Below, one piece after another: positions 16,771-24,000 of a DNA stretch of 24,000 nucleotides. The stretch comes from an uncultured Alphaproteobacteria bacterium (lineage in GTDB: Bacteria > Pseudomonadota > Alphaproteobacteria > Rhizobiales > Beijerinckiaceae), in contig CAVPZS010000002.1 of assembly GCA_963710275.1 (NCBI GenBank), positions 529,669-553,668 on the forward strand, in the 5' to 3' direction. The translations under genes and the position numbers were made by a program. The notes beneath the pieces are model-generated. The model made no database searches. It was not told the DNA's origin and was given only the letters and a program-made list of their open reading frames with translations. Positions within the stretch are counted from its first letter, which is position 1; the number at the start of each line of letters is the position of its first letter.

Positions 16771-17153
16771 AGCGAGAACACCCCAGCGCCGCCGCCGCTT
16801 CAACGCGTTTTTGGCGACCTGCGCCAAAATGCCGCAGGGGAAACATCGCAACGGCGCCAGTCATTCCTGCAGATCGAAGCACGACCCGCCAGGCCCTTGA
16901 TCAGCGTCAGGCACCCATGATTTATTTACATAATTGCAAGAATTGGCAATGGAGCCCCGGTTGGCTTGACCCGACCAACAAGCCGCGCTTCGCCTGTAAA
17001 AACAGAGTAAACTTTTGATTTATACGTAGTTTTCCCGGTATTGCCACACGACTACACCAACAATACGCTGGTCAGTGCGATGCGGCGCAAGGATCCATGA
17101 GCAGATTATTGCCTGCATGCCGCAGTTGTTAATTGGTTTTCAGGGGGCGACAG

Positions 17154-18392
17154 ATGTCAACAATGACAGGCGTATCGCAGGAATTGCGAACCGAGCCGAA
17201 GGCTGTTCAGCGCAAGCTTAACGGAGACGATCACCCGCTTGCCAGTATGCGGGCCCGCGCGAAGATCGTCGCGGAAGTCGCCGCTCGCCATGCCGACGCC
17301 GTCGACCGGGAAGCCCGTTTTCCTGCCGAATCCTTTGCTTCCATTCGTGAACAGAAGCTGCTTGGCTTGCTGATACCGAAAGAATTGGGCGGCGAGGGCG
17401 CAAGCGTGGGCGACGTCGCCGATGTCTGTTATGTGCTTGGCCGCGCTTGCGCGTCGACGGCCCTGATCTTCGCCATGCATCATGTCAAGATTGCATGCCT
17501 GGTTCGTCATGCGCATGGCAACGCCTGGCAACTGGACCTGCAGCGCAAGATTGCGGAGCGCCAATTGCTGATGTCGTCCTCGACCACCGAAGGCATGAAC
17601 GGCGCCAATATTCGATCCAGCGAGGCGCCCATCCAGCGCGACGGCAAGCGTGTGTCGCTCGTGCGCGACGCGTCCTGCATTTCCTACGGAGAGGCGGCCG
17701 ACGGCCTGGTCACCACGGCGCGCCGCTCCAAATCGGCGGCCGCCTCCGACCAGGTGCTCGTCGTCTTCCTGCGCGAGGACTACACGCTCAAGCCAACCTT
17801 GACATGGCAAACGCTCGGGATGCGCGGCACGTGCAGCGCCGGCTTCATCGTGCACGCTGAAGGCGAGGCCGATCAGGTTTTGCCGGAACCCTATGAGACC
17901 ATCCATAACCAGAGCATGGTTCCCTTCGCGCATATTCTTTGGAGCGCGGTGTGGAGCGGCATCGCCGCCGGCGCCGTGGAGCGCGCGCGGGCGTTCGTGC
18001 GGACGGCGGCGCGCGTCTCGGGTTCGACGCCGCCTGCGGCCGCCTACCTGACCCGCGCCACGATCACATTGGAGACATTGCGCTCCGTGATCCAGGCCGG
18101 CGTGCATAATTTCGAGCGTCAAAAAGGCGACATCGACAATGTCTCGCTCGGAATCGCGCAGCAAGCCATCACGCTCTTGAAAGTCAACGCGTCCGAACTC
18201 GCGACGGAAACCGTCATGAGCGCGATGCGCGCCAGTGGGCTGTCGGGCTACCGCCTCGATAGCGAATTCGCCATGGGGCGTTACTTGCGCGATATCCTAT
18301 CGGCGCCGATCATGATCAACAACGATCGCGTCCTGGCGAGCGCGCAACCGATGGTGATCGTCGGCGCGTCTCCCGCCGCCTTGATGAACTAA
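17154..18392 (+). CDS. Acyl-CoA dehydrogenase-fold flavoprotein, non-canonical (usual C-terminal catalytic Glu motif absent)
   Basis: 412 aa. AGGGGG SD upstream of the ATG at 17154. ACAD-like elements are LLGLLIPKELGGEG, TLGMRGTCSAGF and RYLRDILSAPIMINNDRV, where canonical enzymes have I.EGT.EI. Confidence 0.8.
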   Translation: MSTMTGVSQELRTEPKAVQRKLNGDDHPLASMRARAKIVAEVAARHADAVDREARFPAESFASIREQKLLGLLIPKELGGEGASVGDVADVCYVLGRACASTALIFAMHHVKIACLVRHAHGNAWQLDLQRKIAERQLLMSSSTTEGMNGANIRSSEAPIQRDGKRVSLVRDASCISYGEAADGLVTTARRSKSAAASDQVLVVFLREDYTLKPTLTWQTLGMRGTCSAGFIVHAEGEADQVLPEPYETIHNQSMVPFAHILWSAVWSGIAAGAVERARAFVRTAARVSGSTPPAAAYLTRATITLETLRSVIQAGVHNFERQKGDIDNVSLGIAQQAITLLKVNASELATETVMSAMRASGLSGYRLDSEFAMGRYLRDILSAPIMINNDRVLASAQPMVIVGASPAALMN

Positions 18393-18429
18393 AGCGCCGG
18401 GCGATCGCGGCGCAGCATACGAGCGAATT

Positions 18430-18460
18430 CCTCCAGACCGCAAATCTGGAGGTTTTTTTT
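18430..18460 (+). terminator. Rho-independent terminator
   Basis: CCTCCAGA-ccgcaaa-TCTGGAGG followed by T8 (18453-18460). It lies 38 nt after the stop of the 17154-18392 gene. Confidence 0.8.
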
Positions 18461-18492
18461 GCTGGAAGCGGCAACCGAACCGGCGCCCGACT

Positions 18493-19287
18493 TCAGGGCT
18501 GATCGAGGCGCGCAGTTCCGATTTCTTCGCGTATCGCCTGCACGAGTTCCGCTCCCAATGAACGGGACATCCGGGAGGTCGGGACGACGATGCCCAATGC
18601 GGCCTCGCCGGTAAAACCCATGGGCGCGCGCATCCCCACGCCTCCCAGCCTCCGGCCGACGATTTCGGCGTAGCCGAGCTTGCGGACCTGGCGCGCCCAG
18701 CGCAACAGGCGGGTCGTCGTCATGCCCTGGGCGAGGTAGAGATCGCGATTGCGCTCATGGTGGGCGATGGCCTCGGCATCGTTCATCCGGCCCAGAAAGA
18801 CGAAGCTCGGCACGCCGAGTCCAAGAAGGCGCATGGTGCCGACGACCTCGGTAAAGCTGCGGATCGGCGTCGGCCCTTCCTCGATTGCGATGCACTGGCT
18901 GTAGTCGCCCGCGCGCGCGACCAGGAAGACGTGTTCGCCGGTGCGCTTGGCGAGCGCGCGCATGACGGGCTTGTAAATGCGCGCCAGCGGCGGCCGGCGC
19001 ATCGAGGCGAGGCCCAGCGCCATCGCCTCCACACCCAACTGGTACAGATGCGTTTCGGGATCGCGCTCGACCAGCCCGGCGCGCGCCAACGCAGAAATAA
19101 TCCGGTGGACCGTCGTCCTGTTGAGCCCGCTTCGACGGACCAGCGTCGCCAGAGGCGCGCCCTGCGCATGGCGGGCGGCGACGAGCCGCAACAAAAGCGC
19201 GGCGCGGTCAGTACTCTGCGCGCCGCGCGGCGGCGCGGTCCCGCCAGCTTCGTCGTCGCGCGCATCAGCAATTGGACTATCCAGCAT
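18493..19287 (-). CDS. IclR-family transcriptional regulator
   Basis: 264 aa. N-terminal wHTH (LATLVRRSGLNRTTVHRIISALARAGLVERD) and a C-terminal IclR effector domain. Confidence 0.9.
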   Translation of the reverse strand: MLDSPIADARDDEAGGTAPPRGAQSTDRAALLLRLVAARHAQGAPLATLVRRSGLNRTTVHRIISALARAGLVERDPETHLYQLGVEAMALGLASMRRPPLARIYKPVMRALAKRTGEHVFLVARAGDYSQCIAIEEGPTPIRSFTEVVGTMRLLGLGVPSFVFLGRMNDAEAIAHHERNRDLYLAQGMTTTRLLRWARQVRKLGYAEIVGRRLGGVGMRAPMGFTGEAALGIVVPTSRMSRSLGAELVQAIREEIGTARLDQP

Positions 19288-19297
19288 TTCACTATTG

Positions 19298-19359
19298 TGT
19301 TCACATTGTAAACATCATCGCAACGCTTTCGTTGACGGCGAGCAGCGCCGGAGCCGATA
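19298..19359. promoter_or_regulatory. Divergent promoter region with two palindromes (candidate IclR operators)
   Basis: TGTTCAC-att-GTAAACA at 19298-19314 (6 of 7 symmetric) and the perfect palindrome ATTGCGCAAT at 19350-19359. Both sit in an AT-rich patch between the IclR gene and the CoA-transferase operon. Confidence 0.25.
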
Positions 19360-19445
19360 ATTGCGCAATAAATATCACGACCGGACGGACGGCTGCAGCT
19401 CGGCGGTCACGAACCGGTCGCAAGAAAAGCTGCCTGGAGGATGAC

Positions 19446-20660
19446 GTGGCCGCTCTTTCGAATATTCGTGTCCTTGACCTGACCCGCGTCGTGGCGGGTC
19501 CGTTGACGACCCAGGTTCTTGCCGACCTCGGGGCCGAGGTGATCAAGATCGAGAAGCCGGGAGAAGGCGACGACACGCGAAGGATGGGCCCGTTCCTCAA
19601 GGACGCGGCAGGACGCGACACCAATGATTCCGCGTTCTATCTGGCCTGCAATCGCAACAAGAAGTCGGTGACGCTCGACATTTCCACCGCTTCCGGGCAG
19701 GCGATCGCGCGCGACCTCGCGGCGCAATGCGACGTGTTCATCGAAAACTACAAGTCCGGCGCCCTCGCCCGTTACGGGCTCGATTATCCTCGCGTCAGCG
19801 AACTCAACCCCCGGGTGGTCTATTGCTCGGTGACCGGCTTCGGCGCCGACGGCCCTTACGCGGGCCGCCCTGCCTACGACTTCATCCTGCAGGGCATGTC
19901 CGGCCTCATGAGCACCTGCGGCCAGCCTGAGGGCGCGCCGGGCGGCGCGCCTATGCGCGCCGCCGTCCCCATCACCGACATGGTGACCGGCCTCTACGCC
20001 GCCATCTCCGTGCTGGCGGCGCTCCGCCAGCGCGACGAAACGGGCCGCGGGCAATATATCGACGCGGCGATGATCGACGCTTCGGTCGCGATGAACGGCC
20101 ACCTCGCCATCGGCTATCTGATGACCGGTCAGGTTCCCGGCCGGATCGGCAACGCCAATCCCATCGCCGCGCCATCGGAAACCTATGCAACCAGCGACAG
20201 TCGCATCATCGTCGCCGCCGGCAACAACAACCAGTTCGCAGCGCTTGCGAAAGCCCTGGGACGGCCCGACCTTCTCGAGGATCCGCGCTTCGCGTCGAAC
20301 CCCGAGCGCGTGCGCAACCGCGCCGCGCTTGCCGAGCGGCTCGGCGCGCATTTTCTGGCCGACACCGGAAAGAACTGGGTCGAGCGGTTGAGCGCGGCCG
20401 GCGTTCCCTGCGGCCCGATCAATGACATGGCGGCCGTGTTCGCCGACCCTCAGGTGAGACAGCGCGGCATCCAGCTCAGCGCGCCGCACGGACGCGGGAT
20501 CGAATCCCCGATGCTCAAGAGTCCCCTGAACATGTCGGATTCACCGGTCGAATACCGCGCCGCGCCGATGCTGGGCGCCGACACCGACCAGATCTTGCGT
20601 GAGCGGCTTGGCATGAGCGCGGCGCAGATCGCGCAACTGCGCGCCGAAAACACAATCTGA
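19446..20660 (+). CDS. Family III CoA-transferase (CaiB/BaiF)
   Basis: LSNIRVLDLTRVVAGPLTTQVLADLGAEVIKIEKPGEGDDTR is the classic N-terminus. A GTG at 19446 sits 4 nt after GGAGGA. The upstream ORF extension to 19272 overlaps the promoter region. Confidence 0.88.
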   Translation: MAALSNIRVLDLTRVVAGPLTTQVLADLGAEVIKIEKPGEGDDTRRMGPFLKDAAGRDTNDSAFYLACNRNKKSVTLDISTASGQAIARDLAAQCDVFIENYKSGALARYGLDYPRVSELNPRVVYCSVTGFGADGPYAGRPAYDFILQGMSGLMSTCGQPEGAPGGAPMRAAVPITDMVTGLYAAISVLAALRQRDETGRGQYIDAAMIDASVAMNGHLAIGYLMTGQVPGRIGNANPIAAPSETYATSDSRIIVAAGNNNQFAALAKALGRPDLLEDPRFASNPERVRNRAALAERLGAHFLADTGKNWVERLSAAGVPCGPINDMAAVFADPQVRQRGIQLSAPHGRGIESPMLKSPLNMSDSPVEYRAAPMLGADTDQILRERLGMSAAQIAQLRAENTI

Positions 20661-20715
20661 CGGAGCGCCGAGGTCGTCCTTGGGCTTCCCGACTGACGCG
20701 AGAAGAAAAACAGCC

Positions 20716-22329
20716 ATGCTGAGGATCAAGTCCACCCTCGATCTCACCGGCCCGGAAGCAGCGGAGCGCCGCGCGGCGATGTCGGCTTTCGTGGCGCGGC
20801 TTCGGGCGCTCGAGCAACGCGCGGCTGACGCCTCCTCCAAGGCCGCAGGCGCCTTCGCCAGGCGCGGCGCGCTTCTCCCGCGCGAGCGACTGGCGCGCCT
20901 GCTCGATCCCGGCGCGCCCTTTCTGCCGATCGGCAATATGGCGGGCTATGGCGCCGACGATCCCGATCCCGAGACATCCATTCCCGGAGGCAGCCAGATC
21001 ACCGGCGTCGGTTTCGTCAGCGGCGTTCGCTGCATGGTGGTCGTCAACGATTCCGGCATCGACGCCGGCGCGCTGACCGATCTCGGCAATCAGAAGATGA
21101 TGCGTTGCCAGGAGATCGCGCTCGACAACCGGCTGCCAATGGTGATGCTGGTCGAGAGCGCCGGCGCCAATCTGCGCAAGTATCGCGTCGACAAATTCAT
21201 CCGCGGCGGCGGCATTTTCTACAATCTGGCGCGCCTCTCGGCGGCTGGATTGCCAGTCGTCACGGTCGTGCACGGCTCTTCGACGGCCGGCGGCGCCTAT
21301 CTTCCCGGGCTTTCCGACTATGTGATCATGGTCGAGGGCCAGGCGCGCGCCTTTCTCGCGGGGCCGCCGCTGCTGAAAGCCGCGACCGGCGAGATCGCGA
21401 CCGAGGAGGAGCTCGGCGGCGCGCGCATGCACGCGACCCGTTCGGGGCTGGCCGAATATGTCGCCGAGGACGACGCGCAGGCGATCGCCATCGCCCGCGA
21501 GGTGCTCGCTTCGCTCGACTTCGCGAAGCCGGACTCTCCGGGCCCCTTCGAGCCGCCCGCTTATGACGCCGAGGATCTCCTCGCCATCATGCCCGCGCAG
21601 ACGCGGACGCCTGTCGACATGCGCGAGATCATCGCGCGGATCGTGGACGGTTCGCGCTTCCTCGACTTCAAGGCCGACTATGGTCCGGCGACCGTGTGCG
21701 GCCGCGCCGCGCTCGAAGGCCGCCATGTCGGCTTCATCACCAACAATGGACCGCTCGACCCGGACGGCGCCGCCAAGGCCGCGCAATTCATCCATCTTTG
21801 CTCGCAGGCCGCGACGCCGATCGTCTTTTTGCAGAATACGACCGGCTTCATCGTCGGCCGCGCCTCCGAGGAGGCGGGCATGATCAAGCATGGCTCCAAG
21901 CTCATTCAGGCCATCGCCAATGCGGACGTACCGCAGATCACGATCTATTGCGGCGCGTCCTACGGCGCCGGCAACTATGGCATGTGCGGCCGCGGCTTCC
22001 GGCCGCGGTTCTGCTTCTCGTGGCCGAACGCGCGCACGGCGGTGATGGGCGGCGATCAGGCCGCGACGACTCTCGATATCGTTGCGCGCGCCGGCGCCGC
22101 GCGACGCGGCAAGCCGGTCGACGAGGAAAAACTGGCGGCGCAGAAGTCCGAGATCATCGACAATTTCGAACGCCAGGCCAGCGCCTTCGTCACCAGCGGC
22201 CTCCTGCTCGACGACGGCGTGATCGACCCGCGCGACACGCGCGCCGTGCTCTGCTGCGTCCTCTCGATCTGCCGGGAAGCCGAAAAGCCTGCGCGGGGTC
22301 GCCTGCAATTCGGCGCCCAGCGCTTCTGA
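20716..22329 (+). CDS. Acyl-CoA carboxylase carboxyltransferase (beta) subunit, methylcrotonyl-/geranyl-CoA carboxylase-like
   Basis: 537 aa from the ATG at 20716 (MLRIKSTLDL...). Contains GKLLPRERL-type RGALLPRERLARLLDPG, VVNDSGIDAGAL, GSSTAGGAYLPG, and the C-terminal DDGVIDPRDTR. Confidence 0.9.
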   Translation: MLRIKSTLDLTGPEAAERRAAMSAFVARLRALEQRAADASSKAAGAFARRGALLPRERLARLLDPGAPFLPIGNMAGYGADDPDPETSIPGGSQITGVGFVSGVRCMVVVNDSGIDAGALTDLGNQKMMRCQEIALDNRLPMVMLVESAGANLRKYRVDKFIRGGGIFYNLARLSAAGLPVVTVVHGSSTAGGAYLPGLSDYVIMVEGQARAFLAGPPLLKAATGEIATEEELGGARMHATRSGLAEYVAEDDAQAIAIAREVLASLDFAKPDSPGPFEPPAYDAEDLLAIMPAQTRTPVDMREIIARIVDGSRFLDFKADYGPATVCGRAALEGRHVGFITNNGPLDPDGAAKAAQFIHLCSQAATPIVFLQNTTGFIVGRASEEAGMIKHGSKLIQAIANADVPQITIYCGASYGAGNYGMCGRGFRPRFCFSWPNARTAVMGGDQAATTLDIVARAGAARRGKPVDEEKLAAQKSEIIDNFERQASAFVTSGLLLDDGVIDPRDTRAVLCCVLSICREAEKPARGRLQFGAQRF

Positions 22330-22351
22330 TCGCGCCTTCGAGGAGCCCAGG

Positions 22352-23513
22352 ATGTTCTACACCTCCGATCACCTGCAACTGATGGATACGGTCCGGCGCT
22401 TCGTCGCGGACGAGATCGACCCCCATGTCGACGCGTGGGAGGCGGCCGAGATCTTTCCAGCGCATGAACTGTTCAAGAAGATGGCCGCGCTTGGCCTGCT
22501 CGGCGTCACCAAGCCCGAACGCTTCGGCGGACTGGGACTCGATTTCTCCTATGCGGTGGCGATGGGCGAAGCGCTCGGACACATGCGCGCCCAGGGCGTC
22601 GGCATGGCCATCGGCGTGCAGACGGACATGGCGACCCCGGCGCTGGCCGCTTTCGGATCGGCAGAATTATGCGACGCCTTTCTCGCGCCCGCCATCGCAG
22701 GGGACATGGTGGCCTCGATCGGCGTTTCCGAGGTCGGCGCCGGCTCCGACGTCGCCTCGATCAAGACGACGGCGCGCAAGGACGGCGGCGGATTACGTGA
22801 TTTCCGGCAGCAAGATGTGGATCACCAACGCCACGCAGGCGGATTGGGTCTGCCTGCTCTGCAATACGTCGGAAGGCGGCGGACACAGGAACAAGTCGCT
22901 CATCGTCGTCCCGCTCAAGGAAAACGGCAAACGGCGCAAGGGCGTCGAAATGAACAAGATCAAAAAATTCGGCATGTGGTGTTCGGACACCGCGCAAATC
23001 TTCTTCGACGATGTCCGCGTCCCCCAGAGCTATCGCATCGGCGAAGAGGGCCACGGTTTCATCTATCAGATGAAACAGTTTCAGGAGGAACGCCTCAACG
23101 CCGCCGCCCGGCGTCTGGCGATCGGCGCGCTCATCGAGGAGACGGCGGATTATCTGCGCGAGCGCCCGGCGTTCGGCAAGCCATTGCTCGACAACCAGTA
23201 TATCCAGTTCAAGCTCGCGGAGCTCAAGACCGAAGTCGAGGCGCTGCGGGCGCTGACCTACATGGCGACGACCGCCTATATCGAAGGGCTCGATGTCATC
23301 GAGCTGGCCTCGATGGCGAAACTCAAGGCCGCGCGCCTGTCGCGCGAAGTCGCCGACTGGTGCATGCAGTTTCACGGCGGCATGGGCTACACCTGGGACC
23401 ACCCCGTTTCCCGCGCCTATCGCGATTTCCGGCTTGGCTCGATTGGCGGCGGCGCCGACGAAATCATGCTTCAGGTCATCGCCAAGCAAATGGGCCTGAT
23501 GACGCGCAAATGA
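22352..23513 (+). CDS. Isovaleryl-CoA-dehydrogenase-type acyl-CoA dehydrogenase, interrupted by an apparent 1-nt insertion at about 22790
   Basis: GGAG lies upstream of the ATG at 22352. Frame 2 gives MFYTSDHLQLMDTVRRFVADEIDPHVDAWE...GSDVASIKTTARKDGG. Frame 3 continues from 22791 with DYVISGSKMWITNA...FQEERL...IGGGADEIMLQVIAKQMGL. The joined length is about 386 aa. Confidence 0.85.
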
Positions 23514-23536
23514 AATCCGGAACCGGAGTCGACCCC

Positions 23537-24000
23537 ATGACCGATTGCGTAGAACGTCGTGCGATAGGCGGTTTCCATGTGCTGACGCTCAACGCCAGGG
23601 AAAGCCGCAACGCCTTGTCGCCACAGCTTGTGCAAGATCTGGACGAAGGGCTTGGCGCGGCGGCCGACGATCCGGAGACGCGCGGCCTCGTGATCCGCGG
23701 CGCGCATGGCGTGTTCTCGGCCGGCGGCAATGTCGGCAGCTTCTCCGAGCGCGCCGGCGCGACAAGCCCGGCCGACGATCCCTTGGCTACCCGCAATCGC
23801 GCTTTTGGCCGGTTTCTGGAGCGTTTCGCCGCGTTCGGCGCGCCGACCATCGCGGTGGTCGAGGGCGCGGCGGTCGGGGGCGGCCTCGGACTCGCTTGTG
23901 TCTGCGACTTCGTGATCGCGGACGCGGGGACGAAATTCGCGCTGACGGAAACGACCCTGGGGATCGTTCCCGCGCAGATCGCTCCGTTCGTCGCCGACCG
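23537..24000 (+). CDS. Enoyl-CoA hydratase/isomerase (crotonase) family protein, 3'-partial
   Basis: HVLTLNARESRNALSPQLVQDL...VIRGAHGVFSAGGNV...TIAVVEGAAVGGGLGLACVCDFVIA...FALTETTLGIVP. The frame is open to the window end. Confidence 0.85.
   Translation, partial: MTDCVERRAIGGFHVLTLNARESRNALSPQLVQDLDEGLGAAADDPETRGLVIRGAHGVFSAGGNVGSFSERAGATSPADDPLATRNRAFGRFLERFAAFGAPTIAVVEGAAVGGGLGLACVCDFVIADAGTKFALTETTLGIVPAQIAPFVAD

Noticed and set aside
16809-16829. 8-bp inverted repeat TTTTGGCG-acctg-CGCCAAAA downstream of the DUF3592 gene
   Set aside because: The T/A runs are part of the stem rather than a trailing U-tract, so I cannot call it an intrinsic terminator. Its function is unknown.
20515-22308. 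597-aa minus-strand ORF antisense to the carboxyltransferase. Similar shadow ORFs occur at 17157-18164, 19407-20489, 12284-13156, 12916-13719, 14426-15184 and 22761-23489.
   Set aside because: All lie opposite genes with strong family signatures and are Arg/Ala/Gly-rich. They are GC-driven artefacts.
22352-24000. Frame 2 stays open from 22352 to the window end, which could be read as one giant ORF fusing the dehydrogenase and the crotonase
   Set aside because: Between about 22791 and 23536 the frame-2 translation is Arg-rich nonsense, while frame 3 carries the ACAD C-terminal domain. The crotonase has its own ATG at 23537. The open frame is a GC-content accident.
1-24000. Search for CRISPR arrays, IS/transposase genes, integrases, tRNA/rRNA and phage genes
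   Set aside because: I saw no repeat-spacer periodicity, no transposase or integrase motifs in any ORF, and no tRNA-like T-arm or acceptor patterns in the intergenic regions. This was an inspection by eye, not a covariance-model scan.

Overview
High-GC chromosomal segment that looks alphaproteobacterial (Hyphomicrobiales / methanotroph-relative style; this taxon guess comes from sequence style only). I recognised no rRNA, tRNA, CRISPR array or IS/transposase. The centrepiece, at about 8.37-14.95 kb on the + strand, is a tightly packed seven-gene operon. It encodes a divergent copper membrane monooxygenase (CuMMO; pmoC-pmoA-pmoB order). Four copper-handling genes follow: a PmoD-position periplasmic protein with a C-terminal anchor, CopC, a CopD fused to a cytochrome c and a Cys-less thioredoxin-like domain, and a His-rich periplasmic protein. 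The PmoB homologue lacks two of the three canonical CuB ligands: the N-terminal His is Leu, and the second His of the HxH motif is Gln. The PmoC CuC and CuD ligands are all intact. As written, pmoC carries a 1-nt frameshift. Upstream, transcribed divergently, are an aldehyde dehydrogenase and a large MalT/LAL-type LuxR regulator. The left end holds a CopG/RHH protein, a PHB-depolymerase-family esterase and a secreted alpha/beta hydrolase. Downstream of the operon are a second esterase, a short AMP-ligase gene remnant, a DUF3592-like membrane protein, an ACAD-fold protein lacking the usual catalytic Glu motif, and an IclR regulator. The right end is a liu/atu-like acyl-CoA operon: family III CoA-transferase, carboxyltransferase beta subunit, an IVD-type acyl-CoA dehydrogenase (also frameshifted by 1 nt) and an enoyl-CoA hydratase that runs off the window. 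Comparisons to canonical pMMO rely on my memory of the Methylococcus capsulatus Bath and Methylocystis/Methylosinus sequences, so they need a real alignment.
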